41,377 bases of DNA from Vampirovibrionaceae bacterium NZW_1234 (GCA_041697335.1 JBGUGD010000033.1:1-41377), one strand, 5' to 3'; numbered from the stretch's first letter, positions 9,152-18,635 are shown. Numbers and translations are program-made. The notes: a model not told the origin generated them from the letters alone.

Positions 9152-9245
9152 CTACGTCTTAATGCCCGCCAGCAGGGTTTCGGGGGAGACTTGACCGATG
9201 GCTTCCAGGAGGCGGGCCTGGGAGCGGTTGTAGTTGATTGTGGCG
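9152..9245 (-). pseudogene. Detached 3' fragment of the TolC-family gene (direct repeat of 16226-16319)
   Basis: 85/94 nt identical by manual alignment. Encodes ATINYNRSQARLLEAIGQVSPETLLAGIKT* versus ATINYNRSQVRLLEAIGQVSPETLLTGIKT*. Confidence 0.9.
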
Positions 9246-9434
9246 GCCTATATGTTGTACTGAAATCAAAGGTTCGATTTCTTCCCATTGCTCATCGGTT
9301 CATTTCTGCCAAGCCATGGTTTTGTCCTGCTGACTCGCTTTCACGTAAGAAGAGTGTCGAAAAAACTTACCAAATTAGTTCTGCATATCTGGCGAAACGT
9401 TGCAAACTAGTAGCGAACTAAAGTCGGTTAGGCA

Positions 9435-10790
9435 TTATTTCGATCGACTCTTCAAAAAGACATAACTTTGTTTTGCGATTTTAAACATCAAAGAGTCTTT
9501 TGTAAAAAATCGACGAAAAATCTGCTCAGAATCCCGTTCTAGGCAATGGAAAATATATTCCATGGGAGATTGCTGCCGATAGTATTTGAAATATTGAGCC
9601 AGCTCTTGTTCAGTTTGAGCACGACCATTATCGGAAAATTTACAGACCACTGGCGTAAAATTCGGGTATAAGCTATCAACATTGTGCAGTGTCGTTTTCA
9701 TAAAATTGCCAATCAACAGATCGTCAAAAATTTCATAGCTCATAGCTGTAACAAGCGAGTTGCGAGGACATTCGAAGGTAATACCCGTTTTTAGATCAGA
9801 ATTTAAAACAATATAGTTATCCTCTCCCCCCACCTTTAAGTTAATAAATCCAAAGTGCTCGGCTAGCCTTTCTTTGGAAGAGAAATATCGATTTGCAAGT
9901 TCAAGATCTTTTTTGTCTAATGTTTCAGACCAATCATCTCCAAATTCAGCAGGTTGATAGATAAGAGATTCTCGCTCCACTGTCTTGATAGAAGAAATTT
10001 CACCAGTCACACAGTCAATCTGTTGGAATGGTGATAGAAGCTCACCCAAACGATAGTCAAATCCCTCAGTATAGCTACTTGCAGGTGTCGTGTACTCGTT
10101 GGCCCAAATACTATCTGCTCTCTGGTAGGTGTGGAATGAGCTGAATGGAATTACATGATTACATCGGTACAGCTTCAAATACGTCGTTAGTTGTGAACCA
10201 ACACTACGCTTCTTTGCGGCATCTGGCAAAATGCGTTCTCCAGACTCTGTAAAAAAGTTAATCATATCCGCATCACCATACCCGCTGAGCTTGAGTAGGT
10301 AGGTATTCTTGTAATTATTTACTATGCTTCGAACGGTTTTACCCCAACCTCTGTCATTGGCATCATTTAAGTTAACAAACAAATGCCCGTTAATATCTAC
10401 AAGCAAGATGCTATCTTGAAAATAATCCGAAATACAAAACACCTTAATATTCTTGGAAAGCTGTACCCATTCGCGGTTCGGTAAAATCGAGACTTGGTAG
10501 CCTTGTTCCAACAAATCCGAATAGATACGTTTGCCATAGTGATCCGGCAATAAGATCTGGGCATTTTTGAAATACGCTAGTGAATCCCCATTGAGATGGT
10601 CAGGATGACCATGCGAAAACCAAACATATTGGCAAGCTAAAATTTCATCCTTTTCTTGTTGAGGAATAGGGTGTGACAATGTCCAGCTTCCAAAGTAAGC
10701 TCCTTCACCCAACCAAGGATCTGTCGCCAAAATGGGAATATCTTCAAATGCAATCAGCGTTGCATTGCCTATTGTTTTGCATCCAAGCAT
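9435..10790 (-). CDS. Metallo-beta-lactamase-fold protein (UlaG / CMP-Neu5Ac hydroxylase MBL-domain-like)
   Basis: LATDPWL..AYFGSW, SHGHPDH (HxHxDH), QDS, NLND, IPFSSFH. No Rieske CxH motifs. Confidence 0.85.
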   Translation of the reverse strand: MLGCKTIGNATLIAFEDIPILATDPWLGEGAYFGSWTLSHPIPQQEKDEILACQYVWFSHGHPDHLNGDSLAYFKNAQILLPDHYGKRIYSDLLEQGYQVSILPNREWVQLSKNIKVFCISDYFQDSILLVDINGHLFVNLNDANDRGWGKTVRSIVNNYKNTYLLKLSGYGDADMINFFTESGERILPDAAKKRSVGSQLTTYLKLYRCNHVIPFSSFHTYQRADSIWANEYTTPASSYTEGFDYRLGELLSPFQQIDCVTGEISSIKTVERESLIYQPAEFGDDWSETLDKKDLELANRYFSSKERLAEHFGFINLKVGGEDNYIVLNSDLKTGITFECPRNSLVTAMSYEIFDDLLIGNFMKTTLHNVDSLYPNFTPVVCKFSDNGRAQTEQELAQYFKYYRQQSPMEYIFHCLERDSEQIFRRFFTKDSLMFKIAKQSYVFLKSRSK

Positions 10791-10841
10791 ATAATACCCT
10801 TTGTCAATTTCACTTATCTATCAATAAGAACCCGCTTAACA

Positions 10842-11882
10842 CTAGAGCCGATCAAATGTGTTAATTACCGGTATCAAGTAATTAGTCACAAGTTGCTTAA
10901 CGCCTTTTTCATTCATATGTGCTTGATCGTAGAAGAATGTGCTATCAAAAGCATCCGGAGAGACGAATTTAACACTCTCATTGAGAAAAGGAGCGATGTC
11001 ACGATGAAGCATTGATTTAAAGGATGGATGCAACTGTTTTAGTCTTGCCATATCCGGGCGCTCAAAGTTAATCGGAGTCAAATAGATTACTACTTGCAAG
11101 TTATTTTCCTGTAGATATTGTAACATCCTTTTTACAATTTGCATTTGCCCTCTGTAAGAGTGGTGAAACGGAAACGGACTTGTTTGTGCTATAGAGCTTG
11201 GACGCGGCTTCAAGAATAATTGATTTAATTTGCTCCATGCAAGCTGCTGCTTTTCATACAATGAATAATTTAAAAGTATATTTTGCATCAGCATTCTATA
11301 GGAATAAAAATGCCAATGGTTCATAAGCCAATTATTAAGGCCAGCTTCAACCTCACCCATCCAATTACGATACGTAGGTCTCATTGCATAATGTCCGTTC
11401 TTGATCTCAAACAACTCTAACCAAGGCCGGGAAAAGCCATTGGCAGGTGCACCAAATCTCATCAAATTTAGTTCCATGATAACAACCTTGGGTTTATGGA
11501 TAGGCAATACCAAATGCAGCATTTGTTCCATATCTTCAAGAGTAGCACCTTTCATGGCCAAGCTTGAAACAAAAAGATTTTGATGTTTCAGTGCAGCCAT
11601 CATCTGAGAATCAATGGTTTCCCTCCGCCAGTTTCTCACATGGTGCGAAGCCAAAACCTGGCAAGTAACGGTAGAATCACCGATAATAAGAATGTCTGGA
11701 TTAGAACGGCTTACCTTATGATATAGAACTTCCGGATAACCGACATCGACAGGTATCTCATACAATGCAAGCCGAGAGACAAGCATTTCTAGGCAGAGAT
11801 CCAAAGCGACAAAAAAAGCAATAATACTAACGATACAAAGAATCCGCTGCTTTATCATGACAATGTTGGCTTTCTTCTGCAT
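10842..11882 (-). CDS. Membrane-anchored SGNH/GDSL-like protein (DltD/AlgJ-like acyl-transfer component)
   Basis: N-terminal TM (ILCIVSIIAFFVALDLCL), block I ILIIGDS, C-terminal FYDQAHMN (DxxH). Start is probably 11882 or 11858 rather than 11906. Confidence 0.8.
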   Translation of the reverse strand: MQKKANIVMIKQRILCIVSIIAFFVALDLCLEMLVSRLALYEIPVDVGYPEVLYHKVSRSNPDILIIGDSTVTCQVLASHHVRNWRRETIDSQMMAALKHQNLFVSSLAMKGATLEDMEQMLHLVLPIHKPKVVIMELNLMRFGAPANGFSRPWLELFEIKNGHYAMRPTYRNWMGEVEAGLNNWLMNHWHFYSYRMLMQNILLNYSLYEKQQLAWSKLNQLFLKPRPSSIAQTSPFPFHHSYRGQMQIVKRMLQYLQENNLQVVIYLTPINFERPDMARLKQLHPSFKSMLHRDIAPFLNESVKFVSPDAFDSTFFYDQAHMNEKGVKQLVTNYLIPVINTFDRL

Positions 11883-11892
11883 ATTAATCGAC

Positions 11893-12003
11893 TTAAAATT
11901 TTTCATAATGGAAAATGGCCACAGAAGGGTTAGAACATAAAATCAGAATAACAATCTTGCAGATAACAAAAAAGACATTTAGCCACATTTGCTTAGAAAT
12001 CAT
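11893..12003 (-). CDS. DltX-like small membrane peptide (36 aa), not in the ORF track
   Basis: MISKQMWLNVFFVICKIVILILCSNPSVAIFHYEKF*: one TM helix and C-terminal FHYEKF, matching the DltX FIYNEF hexapeptide. Fills the gap between the MBOAT and SGNH genes. Confidence 0.8.
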   Translation of the reverse strand: MISKQMWLNVFFVICKIVILILCSNPSVAIFHYEKF

Positions 12004-12018
12004 GACTCAATCCAGTAC

Positions 12019-13221
12019 TCAAAATTTAATCAACTGCGGAGCAACTTTCCAAATCAGTTCGTTGGGTAAAACACCTAGCCATATGGTAAACGAGACAAAT
12101 AGATATGTCGCTACGCCTGCCATAGGCTTCGGCCACGGCTTTAGTTTATACTGCTTCCCAAGTTGAATCATGAATAACGCACAGGCATGCAGTATTCCAA
12201 ATATTAAAAAGCCAAATGTTAACCCATGCCATAACGTAATCAGAACCATGCAAAACATGTAACTCATCGTAATAAGAAACCAGTGATATTTCGCATGGCA
12301 TCCCTTATAGATCAATCTGGAAAGAGGAACAAACACATAATCTCGGATAAATTCAGTCAAACTTATATGCCAGCGAGTCCAAAACTCTTGAACATTAGAA
12401 GCCAACCAGGGTGACCTAAAATTTTCGGGAAGATGAATCCCCATTAACGCAGCTAGTCCAATAGCAATATCACAATAGCCACTAAAATCCATATAAATAA
12501 CAAACAAGGTTAAGAGAATACTCAGCCAGAGTATTTCTGTAGAGACATTACTGGTTAAGCTAAACTGTTGTTGAGTATCGATAAATATCATTAAATTGTC
12601 AGCAATAACAAATTTTTTAACGAAGCCGGACAAAATACGATTAATTTGGCTTAATAGTTGTGAACTTTGCTCAGGTTTCTGTGACAAAAGTATCGAGTTC
12701 TGGAACTCTTTATATCGCGCAATTGGGCCAGCTAAAAGAGAAGGGAAGAAGAACAAATAATTAATATATGGAATAATCGCTAAATCGTCATTTATATCCG
12801 AATCAACAATGTAGGACATTGCTCGAAACAAGATATAAGAGAGTCCAATAATTTTAATAGGAAGCCGTATTCCAACGAAATCCGCCAAAATTGAGTGTAC
12901 CAAAACACTCTTTAACCCTAGAAGCAATCCAAATGTAACCAGAAATAACACCCCAAAAATCAAAAAAGAATGATGTAACTTTTTAACTTTATATATTTTC
13001 GCCAGGCTAAAAGAACTGAGTGTGATAATCATAAAAAAAACAAGTGTCGACAGACTGGAAATTGTAAAATACAGAAAATAGGCATTACTGCATAGCAAAA
13101 CAAATTGTCTCACAGACTGTGAGCGTATATTTCTATAGAGCAGAATGACCAGAAAACTGAAGAGGAAAAAGTGAAATGAAAGAAATTTGATTGCCGAATT
13201 ATGGGCAAAAAAGGAATCCAT
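12019..13221 (-). CDS. MBOAT family O-acyltransferase (DltB/AlgI-like)
   Basis: IGLSYILFR, FFPSLLAGPIARY, GFVKKFVIAD, YMDFSGYCDIAIG, PENF, EFWTRWHISL, catalytic LWHG. Confidence 0.95.
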   Translation of the reverse strand: MDSFFAHNSAIKFLSFHFFLFSFLVILLYRNIRSQSVRQFVLLCSNAYFLYFTISSLSTLVFFMIITLSSFSLAKIYKVKKLHHSFLIFGVLFLVTFGLLLGLKSVLVHSILADFVGIRLPIKIIGLSYILFRAMSYIVDSDINDDLAIIPYINYLFFFPSLLAGPIARYKEFQNSILLSQKPEQSSQLLSQINRILSGFVKKFVIADNLMIFIDTQQQFSLTSNVSTEILWLSILLTLFVIYMDFSGYCDIAIGLAALMGIHLPENFRSPWLASNVQEFWTRWHISLTEFIRDYVFVPLSRLIYKGCHAKYHWFLITMSYMFCMVLITLWHGLTFGFLIFGILHACALFMIQLGKQYKLKPWPKPMAGVATYLFVSFTIWLGVLPNELIWKVAPQLIKF

Positions 13222-13224
13222 GGT

Positions 13225-13461
13225 TCAAGCCTGTTGCAATTTCGCTTCTAATAGCACTCTTAAGTCACCTACATTTTTTAGCCGAGCAATCTCCGATGTT
13301 GAAAGCTGGATGCCAAAGGTAGTCTCTACCTCCAAAATCAGCAAAACATGTGTAACAGAGTCCCAGTTCGGGACATCTGAGGCCGTCATCTCATCTGAAA
13401 TAACCAGTTCAGGAACATTAAACACCTTACAAAAGACATCGTTTAGCTGCTGATAAACCAA
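13225..13461 (-). CDS. Acyl/aminoacyl carrier protein (DltC-like role)
   Basis: WDSVTH phosphopantetheine-Ser motif, LEVETTFGI, NVGDL. TTG start at 13461 follows AGGAGG. Confidence 0.92.
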   Translation of the reverse strand: MVYQQLNDVFCKVFNVPELVISDEMTASDVPNWDSVTHVLLILEVETTFGIQLSTSEIARLKNVGDLRVLLEAKLQQA

Positions 13462-13640
13462 AATGCCTCCTGATGCTTTAAGCCGTTTTCCCAATATTAA
13501 GAATAGTATACAGGCTTGAACCGGAACAAATGTCCTTCAGGTACATGACTTTTTTCTATACACTCCTTCTATCTGGCCTAAATGGTATTATTTAGATATT
13601 CTAAGAGTCTCAGCCCGATAGAATGGTAAAGTGTTAATCC

Positions 13641-14243
13641 ATGCATACAGATATTAAGATCACTTCATTTAATGCTCTCCAAGATGAACACTACCAGTCA
13701 CTCGCTCATCTTATAGAAGCAGCGAACCCCCAATATTATTCCTTATTACCCTTTTCTCCCACTCAACGAACAGAAAGCATCGTGCAATTCCTTCGTCAGG
13801 AGAGCTGTCCCCTTCCAGAATTTACTCGGCTAATATATAAAGGTACATATCTTGCAGGTGCTGCCATAGCTTATCCTTCTAACTTGCAAGCCCAAGTCCA
13901 AATGTCCGAAGTAAAAGCTTTTCTGCAAAACCTGTCTAGTAGTGAAAGACAAATATACATATCCAAGTTACAGAGCTTTGCAAACGCAACTGTAAATGAG
14001 TTACCTCAAAACACCTATTATTTATTTAGAATTGCTGTGCTCGAATCCTTCCGTGGCCAAGGGCTAGCCAAAATGCTTATAGAGGATTACCTGGACATTG
14101 GCAAATATAGCCAGGGGTACTGCTTACACGTAAAGAAAGACAATTTTGCAGCTATAACGCTCTATGAAAAAAACGAGTTTAAACCAATTTCAACCTATGA
14201 TGAGACTAAAGACTATATTCTAATGCTCAAATCTTGCCAATAA
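13641..14243 (+). CDS. GNAT family N-acetyltransferase
   Basis: YLFRIAVLESFRGQGLAKML (acetyl-CoA motif A), LHV..DN.AA..LYEK..F. Confidence 0.9.
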   Translation: MHTDIKITSFNALQDEHYQSLAHLIEAANPQYYSLLPFSPTQRTESIVQFLRQESCPLPEFTRLIYKGTYLAGAAIAYPSNLQAQVQMSEVKAFLQNLSSSERQIYISKLQSFANATVNELPQNTYYLFRIAVLESFRGQGLAKMLIEDYLDIGKYSQGYCLHVKKDNFAAITLYEKNEFKPISTYDETKDYILMLKSCQ

Positions 14244-15875
14244 TTATAGCAATTGCTTTTCTGAATTACGCTCCAATTCAATCAGATCTTTATAATTGAT
14301 TTTACCGTTTGTATTATAGGGTAACTCTGGCAGCCATGTGATTCGAGAAGGTACCATATAATCTGGCAATTTTTGTCTACATTCATTCAAAATGCTAGTT
14401 GAGGCCGCTTCCGATTGATCAGAATCCAAATCAACAATAAAAGCTAAGATTCCCATAAAGCCTTCTGTTGCATTAGGAGGAATACCAATAACCGCCACTT
14501 GATCGGTATTCACAATACCTCTCAGAGCAATTTCAACTTCTTGTAACTCCACTCGAAAGCCCCTAATCTTAACCTGGCGATCTTTTCTGCCAAGAAAATG
14601 TAGTACACCTTCCTTCAAGACAACAAGGTCTCCGGACTTATAATAAACATCTTCTGACGCCCCCAACTGATGTAAATGAATAAACGCATCAGCAGTTAAA
14701 ATAGTATTTTTATAATACCCCTCTGTGACTTGGGGCCCAGCAATCAGCAATTCCCCTGGCATACCCGGGGGTACGGCCTCTAAATTATCATTTACAACAG
14801 CAATATGTGTTCCCAAAAGAGGATTTCCAATCGGCACAATTCCTTCATCTTCTTGGACTTGATCGGCTTGTGTCCACTGATAAATCGTCATAGCAACTGT
14901 GGTTTCAGTTGGGCCATACGTGTTATAAATTTGGGCATTGGGTGCTGCCAATTGAAACGACTGAACCAACTTACGACTAAGAGGTTCCCCAATAAACATG
15001 GCATTTTTCAACGACATTAAGGAATTCGGATGCAGTAAACCTAATTTTTTTAATAGTGACGCCGTTGAAGGCACAGAAAACCAGTGAGTTAATTGATTTT
15101 CAGAAACGAATCTGCCGGTCAGCAAATTAGCGCTTTCGGGAATATTATACAAGCAGGCTCCAGCTTCCCAACAACATATCATGTTATGAACCGATACATC
15201 AAAAGTCATATCAAATAATTGAGCAAACCGATCGGTCTCAACAGCTGCAACATATTGACGAATGCCCTTTAAATAGGCCAAGAAATTGGCATGTGAAACT
15301 GTGATCCCTTTGGGCTCTCCCGTACTTCCAGAGGTAAACAGAGTATAAAGTGCTGTATCCCGATGTATAACAGGCATTTGGAATTGATTTGAATTAATAG
15401 CCTCTATATCATCCTTAAAGAAAAAGCTATGATGGCTACAGGCAGGAGGTATCACCTCGAGCGAGTTGATTTCAGGGAGCAAAACAATTACAGAGGTTTC
15501 AATTTCGGATAGAATTTCTAAACTCTGCTTTAAGCAACGATTATCAACAATCCAACAACTTGCAGCAGTAGAAACAGCCATTTTTACATTCCGTTCCTTA
15601 GGAAAGCGAGGATTCAGTGGCAAATAAGTCATCCCGCTTTGTATGCTAGCCACCACACCGACATACGCGGTCAAAGAACGATAACCAAAAAGAGCGATAT
15701 AACTTTCGGAATGCAAGCCACACCCGGTAGTCACATGTTGGCGTATCAAAACACTCATTCGTGCCGCAAGATTCCACATAAATTCGTAGCTATATTCGTT
15801 ATCATCTACCCACAAGCACGGTCTTTCAGGCCACTTATGGCAGGCCTGAGAAATAAGATGAAGCACATTGTCCAT
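14244..15875 (-). CDS. Stand-alone amino acid adenylation enzyme (DltA-like carrier-protein ligase)
   Basis: YLPLNP, YTLFTSGSTGEPKG (A3), FDVSV (A4), NTYGPTE (A5), GELLIAGPQV..GY, YKSGD, GRKDRQVKIRGFRVEL, LPDYMVP, NGK (A10). Confidence 0.95.
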   Translation of the reverse strand: MDNVLHLISQACHKWPERPCLWVDDNEYSYEFMWNLAARMSVLIRQHVTTGCGLHSESYIALFGYRSLTAYVGVVASIQSGMTYLPLNPRFPKERNVKMAVSTAASCWIVDNRCLKQSLEILSEIETSVIVLLPEINSLEVIPPACSHHSFFFKDDIEAINSNQFQMPVIHRDTALYTLFTSGSTGEPKGITVSHANFLAYLKGIRQYVAAVETDRFAQLFDMTFDVSVHNMICCWEAGACLYNIPESANLLTGRFVSENQLTHWFSVPSTASLLKKLGLLHPNSLMSLKNAMFIGEPLSRKLVQSFQLAAPNAQIYNTYGPTETTVAMTIYQWTQADQVQEDEGIVPIGNPLLGTHIAVVNDNLEAVPPGMPGELLIAGPQVTEGYYKNTILTADAFIHLHQLGASEDVYYKSGDLVVLKEGVLHFLGRKDRQVKIRGFRVELQEVEIALRGIVNTDQVAVIGIPPNATEGFMGILAFIVDLDSDQSEAASTSILNECRQKLPDYMVPSRITWLPELPYNTNGKINYKDLIELERNSEKQLL

Positions 15876-16225
15876 ACCTGGCTCCGAACAAAGTCAAGTT
15901 ATGATTGCATTTTTGATATCGTACAAAACCTGAGCTATAAACTAGTCATTCAAATACAGTATCTTTCTATTCATTTCCATTAGAATAATGAGATAACTAA
16001 CGAAGCTCCATCAGAAAATCCTGTATTTCTGAATAACGGCTAAAAATATAACATTTCTCTGAATGACATATATTAGGTGTGCCCAATGATCCGGGCCAAA
16101 ACGGGCGTTGTTTAGAGCTTATCTGGTAAGTTTTGGACGTAGGATTTATTGCATAAGCTCAACCAGATAAGTGTTGGTTTGTTTGAAATTTTTTCTTTCC
16201 AGAAGTTTTTCGTTATACAAGAATA

Positions 16226-17686
16226 TTACGTCTTAATGCCCGTGAGGAGGGTTTCGGGGGAGACTTGGCCGATGGCTTCCAAGAGACGGACCTGGGAGCG
16301 GTTGTAGTTGATCGTGGCGCGAATCAGGTTGTTGTGCGCGTTGATGCGGGAGGTCTGGGCATTCAGGACGTTGAGATAAATGCCCTTGCCGGCCTGATAA
16401 TTTTCTAACGCTATCCGGTAATTCTCATCGGCCAGGCGATCCTCTTCTTCGGCCTTCGTCACCGACTCGGAAAAGGTGTTGACATCAATGTAGGCGTTCA
16501 TCACCTGGCTCTCGATGTTGCGTCGGGCGGCCTCCAGGGCGAAGACCTTGCGTTCGATTTCCAGCTTTTTTTCCTGAAGCCGATACGGAATCGCCACGCC
16601 CATGTTTTCCAGCAAGTTAATGTCCAGGGCAATGCCCTTGGTGAAGTTGTAGTTCATGGTGTCCCAGTCCGCCCCGTTGCCGCTTAAATTGCTCCGCAAC
16701 GTCACGGACGGAATCAGGGTCGAGCGAATGGTTTTGTACTCGTACTCCAAGGCCTTCTGCTCTTCGGCTTGGCGCTTGAGAACCGGATGATTCCGGCCGG
16801 CAAATTCCAGCAGCGCCTCCGCGGATGTCGCCGAATCAACCAGGGGGCGTTGCGTCGGCCTGTTTTCAGCGGGCACCACATTGGCGGTCAATGCCAGGTT
16901 CAGCCGGTTGAGCAACCCGATTTTAGCTTTGGCATAGGTGTTCTCGGCATCAATGCACATGCGCTCCATCTGGATTTTCTGGTTTCGGGCCTGGCTCAAA
17001 TCCAATTCCTCCACCGTGGCCTGCTCCAGACGGGCTTCATGGTAAGCCACCTGTGCCTTGGCTTCGGCCAGACCGTTTGAGACAACCTGGTAATACAGAT
17101 AGGTCTACAGAACCCGGTAATAATCCTCCACGGCCCGGGCCAGTTGCTGCTGCAAGGTCTCCTCCACCTGCATGGTGCTGGCTGCCTTGCGGCGCTTGGC
17201 CGACCGAATCTCATATAAGGTCCGCCCCCCGGGATGCAGCGTCACGTTGGCCTCCAGCGCAGGCTGCTGGCTGCGGCGGAGGATGCGGTCATTGGCGCGG
17301 CTGCCGAAAACCGGCACCCCAGTTTGCAGGGTATTGGTGTTATACAGGCCCCGGACATTGGGCAACAACTTTGCCTGGTTCTGGCGCAGCCGGGAATGGG
17401 CGATTTTGGCGGACAGCTTCTCCTGGGCCAGGGTTAAATTCTGACGCTCCGTCAGGTCAATCACCGTGGCCAGGTCAATGGGTATCGCCTGTGACTGCTC
17501 GATGTGCCCCCGCAACACAGGGCCTTTCTCCGGCTCCGTGGTGGCCACATCCGTAGGGTGTCCAAGCTCACCCGGCGCTTGGGCGAGACCAGCGCTCACA
17601 AGCCCGGCCAGGATTATTACAGTCACGGCAACTACACACCAAACCCGAAGCGGCCAATTTGTCAGGAAGATTCCCATCGCGTGCAT
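16226..17686 (-). pseudogene. TolC-family outer membrane efflux protein interrupted by one in-frame TAG (17105-17107)
   Basis: ORFs 17105-17686 and 16226-17050 are in the same frame: ...EDYYRVL*TYLYYQVVSNGLAEAKAQVAYHEARL... Signal peptide present; OEP motifs LLPNV, LIPSVTL, YRIALENYQAGKG.YLNVLNAQ. Confidence 0.85.
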
Positions 17687-18086
17687 CCAACTCCTGCTAC
17701 CACCTATCTCTTCATCATTCGAACACCGGGCGTATTATCCAGGATGTTAGCGGATTCAGGCAAATTGGTCCAGTGTTTTTTCACCGCCTCCACTCCCGGG
17801 CCCTGGCGATTGGTGGCCTGCCCCCCTCTCAGGCCGAATTCTCCCCTCAAATGCGGCTTTCGATGATGACCATTGCCAACCCCGGGTTCTCCTCCCGGCG
17901 GTGCTCCGATCCGGACTCGAGAATCGGGTCATGGCAGTATTTTTTGAATGGCTGAAAGCGGATGAATAAAAATTGCCACGGTGTGGCGTGTGTTTAGGAT
18001 CACCCTCCGCTATGGTGGGAGAAAGACAATGACGTATCCATCTCGTATGACAGATAGAAAACGCATATGGCAGAGGAGGTCATCTC

Positions 18087-18296
18087 ATGGTGAAAAATGC
18101 CGGGTTGCTGGTAGGGCTTTTGACGTTGAGCCTGGGCATGTTTAACGGGTGTGCAACGCAACGAGGCGAAATCGGGGAGGAAGACCAAGGGATTTATGGA
18201 GAAAGGCCGGTCGGAACGGAGGAAGGTATTTACCGGGAAGAGGAAGGAGGAGCTGTAGAAGGCGCGGGAGGATACGGAGAACGGGAGGAAGAATAA
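18087..18296 (+). CDS. Small acidic Glu/Gly-rich lipoprotein
   Basis: GAGGAGG SD; MVKNAGLLVGLLTLSLGMFNG-C lipobox; E/G-rich tail with repeated GIY.E. Confidence 0.8.
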   Translation: MVKNAGLLVGLLTLSLGMFNGCATQRGEIGEEDQGIYGERPVGTEEGIYREEEGGAVEGAGGYGEREEE

Positions 18297-18635
18297 ATAG
18301 CGGCAAGGGCATTACCAAAAAGCACGTGACCATAATGAGAGCCATACACGTCCCATCGATAGCGACAGGCGCCAGTACGTCTGTGATTGTTGGCCCGAGA
18401 AGTGTTTTGTCCCAGGCTTCATCCATTTGCCGACACGGCTCCAGGCTGAAAAGTAAGACGAGGTCAGAGTGTTTCGTATTTCAAGTCCCCTGTGTATCCG
18501 GTTCACTCTACAGGGGAATTTCTTTCCAGTAAAAATACGGGCACGATAAACTAGGGTAATTCTCAGTGATTTTTCCCCGGGTGCGTGTGAATACCCGGGC
18601 ATCAATCTAAAAGACGAGAGGGGAGGGTGAGCGCA

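Larger units (their letters stand above)
9246..16225. mobile_element. Putative ~7-kb genomic island between the two tolC 3'-end copies
   Basis: Bounded by the direct repeat, visibly more AT-rich than tolC and the left-hand genes, and carries a coherent cargo. No integrase seen. Confidence 0.6.

Noticed and set aside
9191..9421. 76-aa + strand ORF
   Set aside because: Starts antisense within the tolC remnant and crosses the island junction; no recognisable features.
14244..15875. NRPS secondary-metabolite cluster
   Set aside because: No condensation or thioesterase domains; the MBOAT/DltX/SGNH context points to envelope acylation.
17105..17107. Genome-wide TAG recoding as the explanation for the tolC stop
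   Set aside because: TAG ends other genes at their expected family C-termini (e.g. 5534-5536, 35860-35862).
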